This document shows, piece by piece, positions 39,300-49,473 of a stretch of 64,000 nt of DNA. The translations under genes were made by a program, and so were the position numbers. Numbering within the stretch: the first letter of the stretch is position 1; every line of letters starts with the position of its first letter. The notes under the pieces were generated by a model. The model did no database searches, was not told the DNA's origin, and was given only the letters and a program-made list of their open reading frames with translations. Origin of the DNA: Deltaproteobacteria bacterium (GTDB taxonomy: Bacteria; Desulfobacterota; Syntrophorhabdia; Syntrophorhabdales; JANXAF01); the NCBI GenBank assembly GCA_026417175.1, contig JAOADT010000008.1:6547-70546 (forward strand), written 5' to 3'.

Positions 39300-40508
39300 T
39301 TGGAGAAGAAAACCCTATCTTACGTTACTTACATAGCTGCAGCTTCTTTTCTCATTCTTTTTTTTAATTCAGGAGCCCGTTACGCCTTTGGCGTTGCACT
39401 CAAGCCTATGATATCCGAATTTGGAACGGGTCGGGCAGGTATATCCTCTGTCTTTTTAGTAAACATGATTGTATTCGCTTTTTTTCTCATAGTGGCTGGA
39501 AAAATATTTGATAGGTTTGGTGCGAGACCAGTTCTTTTAGTTTCCACGATCCTTTTGTCCTTAGGGCTATATCTTACATCTAGAGTCCACAGTTTTTTAG
39601 GCCTTCTTTTTTCGTACGGGATTATAGCTGCACTTGGCATCTCAGGTACATCTGTACCTATAATCTCTGCGATTGTGAGTAAATGGGTTTCTAAAAGTGA
39701 AGGATTAATAGTGAGCCTTTCCCTTTCCGGAAACTCGATAGGACAGTTTGTTTTGGTGCCTTTGTTCGGGTTTCTGTCCCAAAAATATGGGTGGAGAAAC
39801 GCTTATTCATTTTTTGCTGCAATCATTCTTGTCGTAAATATTTTGCTTTCAATCTTAGTTATAAAAGAACCCAACGAAAAGAATAGAACTTTCACTGAAT
39901 CTGAAAAAGATCTTTTAGGATCTTACGACATGGAGCTTTCTCAATCACTTAAAACACCATCCATGTGGTTTTTTATGATTATGATGTTCATATGCGGTGG
40001 CGGGGATTATTTCGTGGTAACCCATTTGGTTGCTATGGCTACAGACTTTGGAATTTCTCAAAAAGAGGCAACCGCTATGCTGGGACTTTACGGTCTTATG
40101 AGTCTTCTAGGAATTCTAATCGCAGGCCCAGTAGCAGATAAGTCAGGATGTAGATTGCCTATAGGAATAACCTTTATCTTAAGGGTTTTCCTTTTTGGCA
40201 TGATATTTTTATCCAAATCCCGTCCCTCTTTTTATCTTTTTTCGTTCTTATTTGGCCTCACTCACCTCGTGACTGCTCCACTCACCCCTTACCTTGCTGG
40301 AAAAATGTATGGAAAGTCCCATTTGGGTGCAATCACAGGACTTATAAATACTGTTCACTTTCTCGGAGGCGGTCTTATGGGATACCTGGGGGGGCTTATT
40401 TTCGATACTACGGGGAGCTACCAATTAAGTTTTGTGGTTCTAGGTATGATGAGTGGGGTTGCTTTTTTAGCTACATCTCTAATCCGAGAAAAAAGGCATC
40501 ATGTTTGA
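39300..40508 (+). CDS. MFS transporter
   Basis: About 12 TM helices; GKIFDRFGAR motif A, YGWR. Confidence 0.9.
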   Translation: MEKKTLSYVTYIAAASFLILFFNSGARYAFGVALKPMISEFGTGRAGISSVFLVNMIVFAFFLIVAGKIFDRFGARPVLLVSTILLSLGLYLTSRVHSFLGLLFSYGIIAALGISGTSVPIISAIVSKWVSKSEGLIVSLSLSGNSIGQFVLVPLFGFLSQKYGWRNAYSFFAAIILVVNILLSILVIKEPNEKNRTFTESEKDLLGSYDMELSQSLKTPSMWFFMIMMFICGGGDYFVVTHLVAMATDFGISQKEATAMLGLYGLMSLLGILIAGPVADKSGCRLPIGITFILRVFLFGMIFLSKSRPSFYLFSFLFGLTHLVTAPLTPYLAGKMYGKSHLGAITGLINTVHFLGGGLMGYLGGLIFDTTGSYQLSFVVLGMMSGVAFLATSLIREKRHHV

Positions 40509-40541
40509 CATATTTTGGTAAAAGTTGTATTGATTCAGAAA

Positions 40542-41450
40542 ATGGTCAATTTCCTTGTATTCACAGTTATTTTTATTTTACCATGGGTAGCCAATGGCTA
40601 TTCCGATCTAGTAACTGCACGGTCTTATATTCTTATAGAGAAAGATTCGATGGAGATAATAGAGGGAAAATACATAGAAAGAAAACTCCCACCTGCGAGT
40701 ACAACAAAGGTGGTTACCTCTCTTATAGCTCTTGAGAAGCTTTCAGGAGAAGAAATGATCAGACCTTCAAAGGGGGTACTCTCAATACCGCCATCAAAAA
40801 TGGGGATAAAACCGAATAAAAAGTATAAGGCTATAGATCTCATAAAAGGGATGCTTATTAAATCGGCTAATGATGCAGCTTACACACTAGCGTGTTACAT
40901 TGCAGGAAGTGAAGAGAAGTTTGCCCAAATGATGAATCAATTTGTTCACCAACTTGGCGCCACGAATACCAATTTTAGGAACGCTTCGGGATTGTACGAT
41001 CCCTATCAATACACTACCTGTTATGACCTTGCTTTAATTTTCAGATACGCTCTTGATTCCGATAGGTTTCGACAAATACTTTCTATTAAATATTTTGATT
41101 TTAAGGACGGAAAAAAACTGATTCGGTTCCAAAACCACAATCGGTTCCTCTTCTGTTTCGATCCTGCTATCGGGGGAAAAACAGGTTTCACCAAGGCTTC
41201 AAGACATAGTTACGTAGGTGCGTTCCAGAAAGACGGAAGAACCTATATCCTTGCCATACTCGGAAGTGAAGATCTTTGGGGAGATGCTCTTTGGCTGTTG
41301 AGAAATGTCTTTGATACTGTACCCAATGAAGAGGAAATTCAGAGCGCGAAAGCAAAGGATATAATCTTGGCATCTTATAAAGAAAAAAAGGGCTCAATTA
41401 AAGGGCACAAAAAAAGAGGTTCTATCTCAAAGCTTAAAAGAAAAACATAA
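40542..41450 (+). CDS. D-alanyl-D-alanine carboxypeptidase (peptidase S11)
   Basis: PASTTK, SANDA and GKTGFT motifs; N-terminal signal/TM; Lys-rich tail. Confidence 0.92.
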   Translation: MVNFLVFTVIFILPWVANGYSDLVTARSYILIEKDSMEIIEGKYIERKLPPASTTKVVTSLIALEKLSGEEMIRPSKGVLSIPPSKMGIKPNKKYKAIDLIKGMLIKSANDAAYTLACYIAGSEEKFAQMMNQFVHQLGATNTNFRNASGLYDPYQYTTCYDLALIFRYALDSDRFRQILSIKYFDFKDGKKLIRFQNHNRFLFCFDPAIGGKTGFTKASRHSYVGAFQKDGRTYILAILGSEDLWGDALWLLRNVFDTVPNEEEIQSAKAKDIILASYKEKKGSIKGHKKRGSISKLKRKT

Positions 41451-41451
41451 A

Positions 41452-42779
41452 ATGGGGTAAAAACCTTCTTTCTATCTATTTTTCTTATTGTTTTATTAAT
41501 TTCCAAACCATGTTTATCACTTAGTCTCGAAGAAGAAAAAAAGTACGGAGACGAGATTCATATGGAAATCATAAAGGGTGTGAAATTAAGTTCTGACTTT
41601 ATGGTAAATCTGTTTTTGGAGAACATGAAACGAAAATTAGAAACTGTGTCGCCTTCACCTTACCCTTTGAAACTTACTGTAGTCGAGTCTAGAAACGTAG
41701 ATGCTTTTGCCACAGTTGGGGGATATCTTTATATAACAACGGGCCTTATAGAACTTTGTGAGAATGAAGACGAGCTGGCTGGCGTTTTGTCCCATGAGAT
41801 AGCCCATATCGTTAAAAGGCACGCGGCAAAAAGACTTGAAAAAGAAAAATACTTAAACATAGGGAGAATAGCCACGGTACTTTTAACAATGCTTGTAGGG
41901 GATCCGAAAGCTAAGGAGGCTATCCTTACCTCTGGAATGGGGACAATACAGTCCATCTCTCTAATGTACTCTAGGGAAGATGAGACTGAAGCGGATAGCT
42001 TAGGAAGTTCCGTATCGGAGAAGGCAGGATATAGTTGTGAAGGTATCGCTGATTTTCTCAAGAGGTTACGGATTACAGGCAGAGATACCGGGTTGCCTCA
42101 GTATTTACTCACCCATCCTTACCATGAAGAAAGGATTTCAAAAATGGAGATTGTTTGTAAGAAATCAGAAACAAAAAGAGATAAAAGGGATAATTTCTTT
42201 TATTACATAGCTAAAAGAGCCCAGATTGCAAATCACCAGTCAAAAAGGGAGTTACTCAATCTGTTCCTTAAAAAATATGGGGAAGACAAAATGGATATTT
42301 CATCCGCCTACGGTGCATCACTACTATTGACGATTTTTGGGAGAAAGGATGAAGCAATAGACATCCTCCAATCAATAGATTCTCAGTTTAAAAACTTATT
42401 CTTAGGGGAAATTCTTTTTTTGTCTGGAAACTTAAACGAAGCCGTAGAGAAGCTAAGGAATGAGGAATCCATCTACGCAAAGTATATCCTTGCGCGCTCT
42501 TTTGAAGAAAAAAGAGACTTCGATCAGGCAAGATACCTTTATACCCAGTTATTACCCTTCGCGGACTCGTTTCCAGAAATATTCCTCAGACTTGGGATGG
42601 TAGTGGGAAGGTCAGGAAACGAAGCCAAGGGTTTTGAGTACTTAGGAAAATATTATCTAGCTATAGGGAAAGAGTCGGAAGCAAGGATGTATTTCGAGAA
42701 AGCTTTATCAAAATATGGACTTGAATCAGAAGAAGCGAAAGAACTCTCGTCTCTTCTTAAGACTTTGAAAAAAAGATAG
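41452..42779 (+). CDS. M48 metalloprotease with TPR (BepA/YfgC-like); 5' end apparently frameshifted
   Basis: HEIAH, YSREDETEAD and YLLTHP motifs plus TPR-like C-terminus. The signal-peptide-like sequence is in frame upstream of the track's ATG 41562, but the only nearby ATG (41452) is out of frame. Confidence 0.85.
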
Positions 42780-43608
42780 AAAAAATATGGAAGATAGTAT
42801 GTTCCACCCGTGCTAAGTTTATATTACTTTCTTCTAGGGTAAGACTAATGTTGTTTCCTCTTGGATGCCAAACTTTAGGATCAGTATCTATAAAAATCGT
42901 CACAGTATATAAACCGCATGAACCTGCAAGATGAGCAACGCCAGAGTCGTTTGAAACAAAAATACCCCCTTTTGATTCAAGGAAACTTTTAAGTTGAGAT
43001 AGTTCCTCTATCTCAATACCAAAAGGGATCAGCGATTTACTATCTCTTTGTCTTAAAAGTATTGTCGGAACTTTCTTTTCTTTTAGTCTTCTTTCTAATT
43101 CTAGGAAATTCGTATATTCCCACTTCCTTTTTTTTATGCTTATTTCAGGATAAAGGATCACTAAGGGCTTTAAGTTAGGAGTGATCTCTTTTTTTACAGC
43201 CTGGTATCCAGAAGTTCTAAGCTGACCAAGTTGGTAATCCTCAACATGAACCTTTTCCTCATCGGGGTACATGTCTATGAAGAGAATAGTCTCCCTTGAG
43301 AACGATTGAAATCTTTTTCGGAGAGTACCATTTTTATCTTTTCCAACAAGCACTATTTTTTTCCAGGTCACATCCCTTTTTTCTTCTGAGAAAAGAAAAA
43401 GCCATCTTAAAGATTCAATGTTTTCTATGCTTTCGAAGTATTGAGAAAAAAGAGAAAGATACTTCTTAATTCCTAGGGCTTTTATCTTTTTTTTGTAATA
43501 TAAGGATAGAGAATAAAAGACAGACTCTGAAAGACACACATCACCCAGTCCGCCCATGTGGATCAAGAGCACGTTGTCATGTTGGTTCTTTTGAAGCTTT
43601 ATCCACAT
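42757..43608 (-). CDS. Glycosyltransferase family 9 (heptosyltransferase-like)
   Basis: GGLGDV and FVSNDSGVAHLA...TDPKVWHP motifs. Confidence 0.8.
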   Translation of the reverse strand: MWIKLQKNQHDNVLLIHMGGLGDVCLSESVFYSLSLYYKKKIKALGIKKYLSLFSQYFESIENIESLRWLFLFSEEKRDVTWKKIVLVGKDKNGTLRKRFQSFSRETILFIDMYPDEEKVHVEDYQLGQLRTSGYQAVKKEITPNLKPLVILYPEISIKKRKWEYTNFLELERRLKEKKVPTILLRQRDSKSLIPFGIEIEELSQLKSFLESKGGIFVSNDSGVAHLAGSCGLYTVTIFIDTDPKVWHPRGNNISLTLEESNINLARVEHTIFHIFSIFFSKS

Positions 43609-43697
43609 CACTTAATTTTAAACGAAATTTTTTATTTACAAAACAAGGTCTTTATAAATAATATATTGGGCAGTCTTTTAAAAATCCGGGGGGTAGT

Positions 43698-46421
43698 TTG
43701 AATCTCCTTTCAGTGTTGGCGCTTTTTACGTCTTTCGTTCTGTTAATTATGGGTTGGCTATCCTTAAGAACTGATAGAAAGTCCAGACTACGCAAGACTT
43801 TTTTTCTGTTGATGCTCAGCTTAGGAATATGGGCCTTTGCATATGCGTTCGTTTATTCTGCACCTGATAAGAATACGGCATGGATATATTTCAAAATTTC
43901 CTCCATTGGGTGGATATCTTTTTGTGCATTTGCCCTCCATTTTTCTTTAGCTCTTGCTAAGAGAGAAAAGCCTTTACCTAGAAGGTGGATTCCCGTTGTA
44001 TATGGGCCTTTTTTTGTCTTTTTAATTAAAAATTTTACTGGCCATTTGACCACAGTAGATTTTATCTGGACAAGCCTAGGTTGGGCAGAAGTTCCTGCCA
44101 TAGGTAGCTACTGGTACTATCTGTTTTTCTCTTATTATTTAACATATATGCTTTTTGCACTTTATTTCATAGCCCAGTGGAAGAAATCTGCAAAAACTAA
44201 CAGAGAAAAAAAACAGGCGACATTGATTTACAGATCTGCATTAGTTGTTTTCATCCTGGGTTCGTTAGTAAATACAGTTTTTCCGCTAGTAGGTCTTTTC
44301 CCTCTACCCGCCATGGCGCCTATTTTTACCCTTCTCTTTGCTTACGGGGTGGGAAAGGCCATGCTAAAGTACAGGTTGATGAATATCACTCCACTTCTAG
44401 CTACCGATCAAATACTATACATGATGAAGGACTATTTCATACTTCTTGACGCCGAAAAAAATATAGTAAGCATAAATAGACAAGTAGAGGAAGGGCTAGG
44501 GTTCAAGCAACAGGAACTCCAAGGTAAACCTCTTTTTTCGATCATAAACCCTGATCATACAACGATTTTTGAAAACTTTTTATTTCATGAAACAAGGGAA
44601 ATCGAATTAATCAATGCAAACGGGGAGTATCTTCCGGTCTTAATTTCGGCTTCCGAAATAAAAGATCAGGCCGGTGATACAATAGGTTATGCGTTGGTGG
44701 CTCAGGATCTGAGGGATAAAAAACACCTTGAAGAGGAAATCAAAATAAGAAAAAGAGTAGAGGACGCCCTCATATCCGCCCAGGAATTCCTTGAGACAAA
44801 AGTCAGGGAAAGGACTTTAGATCTCATTCAGGCTAATGAAACTCTAAAAAAAGAGATAGAGGAAAAGAGAAGAGCAGAAGAATCACTTAAGGTATCAGAA
44901 GAAAAGTACAGACTTCTTTACGAAAACGCTGGAGATGCCATTTGTACTCTAAATGACAAACTAGAATTCACAGGCTTAAACAAAAAAGCGGAGGAGTTAC
45001 TAGGCTATCGCAAAGATGAACTAATCGGCAAAAACATCTTAAAATTAAATATAGTTCACGAGGACGATAGAGAGATTGTTGAGAAAAACCTTCGTTTTAT
45101 CGCGGCGGAAAACAAAGAAACGAAAGGGGAGATCAGGTTTTTGCGAAAAACCGGGGAAGTTCGTATAGGTGATGTAACATCAACTGCCTATTTTGACCGG
45201 ACTGGAAATGTATCGGTTATTTTAAGCATAATCAGGGATGTGACTGAAAAAAAACAGATGGATGAAGAACTACTAAAAACAAAAAAACTGGAATCAATAG
45301 GAGTTCTAGCTGGAGGAATAGCCCACGATTTCAACAACTTACTCGCTGCAATTGTTGGGAATGTTTCTCTAGCTAAGATGTACTTAGATCCTGGCGAGAA
45401 GGCATTCCATAAACTTACAGATGCTGAAGCCGCTATTTTTAAGGCTAGAGATCTTGTAAGAAAACTGCTTCTATTTGCAAAAGGGGGCGAGGGGTACAAA
45501 AGAGAAATAGATGTTAGACAAATACTTGAGGACACAGCCCGTTTGGTTTTTAGTGGTTCTCCGGTAACTTACAAATTTGACTTTGAAGACGGTAACCATC
45601 TAATATTTGCTGATGAAGACCAGTTACGCCAAGCAATAAACAACATCATGTTAAATGCCAAAGAAGCTATGGAAGGTAAAGGTACTTTACACGTAAAAAC
45701 TGAAAGTGTGAGATTACCCTCCAGAAACAGATTTTCTCTTGAAGAAGGAGATTACTTAAAGATCATTATAGCTGATAGCGGACGAGGTATAAAAGAGGAA
45801 GATCTTCCAAGGGTTTTTGATCCGTACTTTTCCACCAAAGAATTGGGACCTAAAAAAGGAACCGGTCTCGGATTGGCTCTTGCGTATACTATTGTAAAAA
45901 ATCACAATGGTCATATAGAGATAGAATCAAAGTTTGGTTATGGAACAGTTGTTACTCTTTATTTTCCTTTACAGATAGGACAAAAGAAGGAGAGACCCAC
46001 TCTAGAAGCATACCAGGCTAAAGGCAAAGTTCTGATTATGGATGATGAAGAAATGGTAAGGAACGTTACAAAAGAAATATTAAGTAGTTTTGGATTTCAG
46101 GTTAAATGTGCAAAGAATGGACTTGAGGCAGTGGAACTTTATAGAAAAGCTTTCATGAATGGAGATCCCTTCGATTTGGTTATACTGGACCTTACCGTTC
46201 AAGGAGGCATAGGAGGAAGAGAAACTCTGGCATGGATTAAAGAAATTGATCCTGATGTTAAAGCAATTATAACAAGCGGATATACATATGATCCTGCTTT
46301 GATTTCGTATAAAGAATACGGGTTTGTAGGAGCCATAACAAAACCTTTTGAAGTTGGTGCACTTTTAACCCTGTTGGAGAACGTACTAGGCCAAAAGAGA
46401 AAATCAGGCTCTGGTCTTTAG
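43698..46421 (+). CDS. Hybrid sensor histidine kinase (7TM-PAS-PAS-HisKA-HATPase-REC)
   Basis: 7 TM N-terminus, two PAS domains, AHDFNNLL, DSGRGI, GTGLGL and receiver MDDE...LDL...KPF. Confidence 0.93.
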   Translation: MNLLSVLALFTSFVLLIMGWLSLRTDRKSRLRKTFFLLMLSLGIWAFAYAFVYSAPDKNTAWIYFKISSIGWISFCAFALHFSLALAKREKPLPRRWIPVVYGPFFVFLIKNFTGHLTTVDFIWTSLGWAEVPAIGSYWYYLFFSYYLTYMLFALYFIAQWKKSAKTNREKKQATLIYRSALVVFILGSLVNTVFPLVGLFPLPAMAPIFTLLFAYGVGKAMLKYRLMNITPLLATDQILYMMKDYFILLDAEKNIVSINRQVEEGLGFKQQELQGKPLFSIINPDHTTIFENFLFHETREIELINANGEYLPVLISASEIKDQAGDTIGYALVAQDLRDKKHLEEEIKIRKRVEDALISAQEFLETKVRERTLDLIQANETLKKEIEEKRRAEESLKVSEEKYRLLYENAGDAICTLNDKLEFTGLNKKAEELLGYRKDELIGKNILKLNIVHEDDREIVEKNLRFIAAENKETKGEIRFLRKTGEVRIGDVTSTAYFDRTGNVSVILSIIRDVTEKKQMDEELLKTKKLESIGVLAGGIAHDFNNLLAAIVGNVSLAKMYLDPGEKAFHKLTDAEAAIFKARDLVRKLLLFAKGGEGYKREIDVRQILEDTARLVFSGSPVTYKFDFEDGNHLIFADEDQLRQAINNIMLNAKEAMEGKGTLHVKTESVRLPSRNRFSLEEGDYLKIIIADSGRGIKEEDLPRVFDPYFSTKELGPKKGTGLGLALAYTIVKNHNGHIEIESKFGYGTVVTLYFPLQIGQKKERPTLEAYQAKGKVLIMDDEEMVRNVTKEILSSFGFQVKCAKNGLEAVELYRKAFMNGDPFDLVILDLTVQGGIGGRETLAWIKEIDPDVKAIITSGYTYDPALISYKEYGFVGAITKPFEVGALLTLLENVLGQKRKSGSGL

Positions 46422-47909
46422 ACTCTCACCAACGAGGTTCTTAAAAAATAAGCATACAACAATGAAGGCTAAAATCAGACTTGTAGAGATAATAAAAATA
46501 GCGTCTTTCGTAAATGTGCGAATAAGGCTAATGTATAAAAGAATAACTATCCCGGGAAGAAATGTCTTCCCAATAGTAAAAAGTGTTTGAGCTCCCATTC
46601 TGTAACCTGTCCGTCTTCTCCAGATGAGAAAAAGTAAAAGAAAATTGTACAGAGAAACAATGGATGTGGCTAAGGCGATCCCGAAATTCTGGTACGGTCG
46701 CATCAAAATTATGTCCAGAAGGGCGTTCAAGAATATACTTGTAATTCCGGCTACTGCTGGTGTCTTTGTATCATGAATCCCGTTGAAGGCCCTTACAAAA
46801 AGAATGGAAAGCCCGTAGAATAAAAGACCCAACCCGTATCCAAAGAGGGCCCGTGATGTAAGTTCTGTTTCATAACTCGTAAATGCCCCTCTTTCGTAAA
46901 GGAGTTTTACTATTTCGGTTCTTATCCCGCATAAGAGAAAAAGAGAGGGAACAAGCGTAACACACATTAACACAATAGAATTATCCAATTGAGAGAATAG
47001 ACTTTTCCAATTTTTTTCATGATAGAGCCTGGAAATTGAGGAAAAAGCGACTGTGTAAATGGGTACCGCAAAAAGGCTGAAGGGAAGAATAAATATCCTA
47101 AAAGCATAAGTCAGTGAAGCTACATGTCCCTCTGGTAAATAGGACGCTATAATTCGATCTATACAGTTATTTATGGGGACTATTGATGCGCCTATCAAAG
47201 CACCAAAAAAAAGTTTCCGTACCTGAGTTACCGCCTCGTGATTAAAATCAATTTGTATTCTGTATCTTATCCCGTGTCTTCTCAAGAAAGGATATTGCAT
47301 TATAACCTGTAGTAGGGAACCTACGCTAACTCCAACTGCCAAACTGTATATTCCTATGTGCTCGCTTAAAAACAGACATGAGACTATAAAAACGATGTTC
47401 CATATGATTCCAGAAAGCTCTGGTGCAGCAAAATGATCTTTCGCATTCAGGAAAGACTTCATTACAGAGAGAAGTGCGTGCATTACTATTACGGGAGTCA
47501 TTATAATAAAGAGATTTCTCGTAAGATATCTCGCGTAGGGGGAAAAGCCGGGAGATATGAGTTTTACTAATTGATCTGAAAATAAAACCAATATCAAGGA
47601 AAAGAAAACTGTTATAAAGAAAGTTAGATTAAGAAAAGTGGAATAAACAGATGAAAACTCTTTATTATCTTTCAAATATTTCGTAGATACGGGCAACAAA
47701 ATAGCGCTACTTGCCCCAGAGAAGAAAAGGGTTTGGACCAGTTCTGGAAAATTAAAAGCTACTATGAATGCATCGACAAGGACGGTTGCTCCGAATACGT
47801 ACGCCTGGATTGCTTCCCTTATATAGCCTAGAGGCCTGCTTATCAGCGTTATTCCGGTTATTACTGAACCTTTTTTGAGTAGATGGGTTACTGCCAATTC
47901 TTTTGTCAT
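46404..47909 (-). CDS. murJ: Lipid II flippase MurJ (MviN family)
   Basis: [25 protein letters not shown] and DTKTP motifs. Confidence 0.88.
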   Translation of the reverse strand: MTKELAVTHLLKKGSVITGITLISRPLGYIREAIQAYVFGATVLVDAFIVAFNFPELVQTLFFSGASSAILLPVSTKYLKDNKEFSSVYSTFLNLTFFITVFFSLILVLFSDQLVKLISPGFSPYARYLTRNLFIIMTPVIVMHALLSVMKSFLNAKDHFAAPELSGIIWNIVFIVSCLFLSEHIGIYSLAVGVSVGSLLQVIMQYPFLRRHGIRYRIQIDFNHEAVTQVRKLFFGALIGASIVPINNCIDRIIASYLPEGHVASLTYAFRIFILPFSLFAVPIYTVAFSSISRLYHEKNWKSLFSQLDNSIVLMCVTLVPSLFLLCGIRTEIVKLLYERGAFTSYETELTSRALFGYGLGLLFYGLSILFVRAFNGIHDTKTPAVAGITSIFLNALLDIILMRPYQNFGIALATSIVSLYNFLLLFLIWRRRTGYRMGAQTLFTIGKTFLPGIVILLYISLIRTFTKDAIFIISTSLILAFIVVCLFFKNLVGESLKTRA

Positions 47910-48559
47910 TCTTTCCAGCCATAAGCTCCTATAAGCTTAACAAACCTACATCCTCCGTAATTTTCTTCCTCATATTCGTTCTCACCCGTTTTTTTGTATA
48001 CAATAAGGTCTTGAGAACACTCACCACCTACTGGAATCACGAGTCGCCCCCCTATCTTAAGCTGATCCATTAGTGGTTTTGGAACGTATGGAGAAGCAGC
48101 CGTGACAATAATTCCATCGTATGGAGCGTATTCACTCCATCCTACAGTTCCGTCCCCGATTTTAATGACTATATTTGTGTATTTTAGATCATCTAGCACT
48201 TTCCTTGCCCTTTTTGCGATGGAAGCGATCCTCTCGATTGAATATACCTTTTCTGCCAATTCTGCTAGAATGGCCGTTTGATAACCAGATCCCGTTCCAA
48301 TCTCTAGAACGCTCTCATTGCCCTTTAAATTTAGCTTTTCTGTCATGAGAGCCACGATGTAGGGCTGAGATATGGTTTGCCTTTCCCCGATTGGAAGAGG
48401 GTAATCTTCATATGCCTGTGGCCAAAGTGCCTCGTCTAGAAAGAGATGACGTGGGACCTTCCTCATAGCGGCAATCACCCTCTCGTCTTTTATACCCCTA
48501 GCGATTATCTGTGTCTCTACCATTTTGTCTCTTTTGAATTTAAAGTCGTTGATACTCAT
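47906..48559 (-). CDS. pcm: Protein-L-isoaspartate O-methyltransferase
   Basis: [24 protein letters not shown] and APYDGI motifs. Confidence 0.97.
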   Translation of the reverse strand: MSINDFKFKRDKMVETQIIARGIKDERVIAAMRKVPRHLFLDEALWPQAYEDYPLPIGERQTISQPYIVALMTEKLNLKGNESVLEIGTGSGYQTAILAELAEKVYSIERIASIAKRARKVLDDLKYTNIVIKIGDGTVGWSEYAPYDGIIVTAASPYVPKPLMDQLKIGGRLVIPVGGECSQDLIVYKKTGENEYEEENYGGCRFVKLIGAYGWKE

Positions 48560-49356
48560 TGAGAAAGTTCTTTCGACCTCCTACATGCTACTTCAAATGC
48601 TTTTATGACTGCACCCTTTACAGCTCTGTCCTCTAGCTCTGTGAGTCCCGCTATTGTTGTTCCCCCAGGTGAGGTTATCCTCTCTTTTAGGATCGATGGG
48701 TGCGTTGCTTCCGACTTTAGAAGCGTCAAGGTTCCACTTAGAATCTTTTCTGCCATTTCTAATGTGATCTGTCTAGAAAAACCCAATTTCACTCCTGCAT
48801 CAATCATTCCTTCGAGAAAAAAAAGAAAAAATGCAGGTCCGCTACCTGCAAAAGCAGTGATGGCATCAAAGAGTTCTTCTTTTATTTCAACAACCATTCC
48901 CATGCCCGAGAAAAGTTTTTTTACATATTCAAATTCATCATCCCCAACTATTTCATTTCTGCATATACCTATTACCCCTTCTCTAACCTTCACACATAGG
49001 TTCGGCATAGCTCTTATAACCTTGGTACCTTGACCTATAATCGAAAGAATCGCAGAAATGCTCACCCCTGCCATAATCGAAAGAATTACGTGTTTATCTC
49101 TAATGTGGGATGTTAGATTTTTTAGCACATCTTTTGCATCTTGAGGTTTTACCGCAATAACTAGGTACTTTGAAAAATCTGTAAGCTCTTTCAGCAAGGC
49201 ATATTCCTTAATACTGTATTTTTCTTTTATGTACTTACTTTTTAACTTGGATATCTCACTGAAACCGATCCTTTCCTTTTCAAACCCCGTCTCGAGAAGA
49301 GCCCTAATTATAGCTTCCCCCATATTCCCAGTTCCTATTATTCCGATCCTCTCCAT
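48556..49356 (-). CDS. proC: Pyrroline-5-carboxylate reductase
   Basis: GTGNMG, AVKPQ, RAMPN, GSGPA and TSPGGTT motifs; ATG 49356 after SD GGGGG. Confidence 0.96.
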   Translation of the reverse strand: MERIGIIGTGNMGEAIIRALLETGFEKERIGFSEISKLKSKYIKEKYSIKEYALLKELTDFSKYLVIAVKPQDAKDVLKNLTSHIRDKHVILSIMAGVSISAILSIIGQGTKVIRAMPNLCVKVREGVIGICRNEIVGDDEFEYVKKLFSGMGMVVEIKEELFDAITAFAGSGPAFFLFFLEGMIDAGVKLGFSRQITLEMAEKILSGTLTLLKSEATHPSILKERITSPGGTTIAGLTELEDRAVKGAVIKAFEVACRRSKELSQ

Positions 49357-49473
49357 CCTTACCCCCGTCACAGATTTTATAACAGATTAGCGCCAGTATT
49401 TAAAAGCGAATCACATTTCTATTCAGTCCAACAAAAATGAGAGACGCAAAATTTTCACGTTCAATTCACAAAT

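Noticed and set aside
43599-43607. Perfect DnaA box TTATCCACA
   Set aside because: Single site inside GT9 codons M-W-I-K; explainable by coding sequence.
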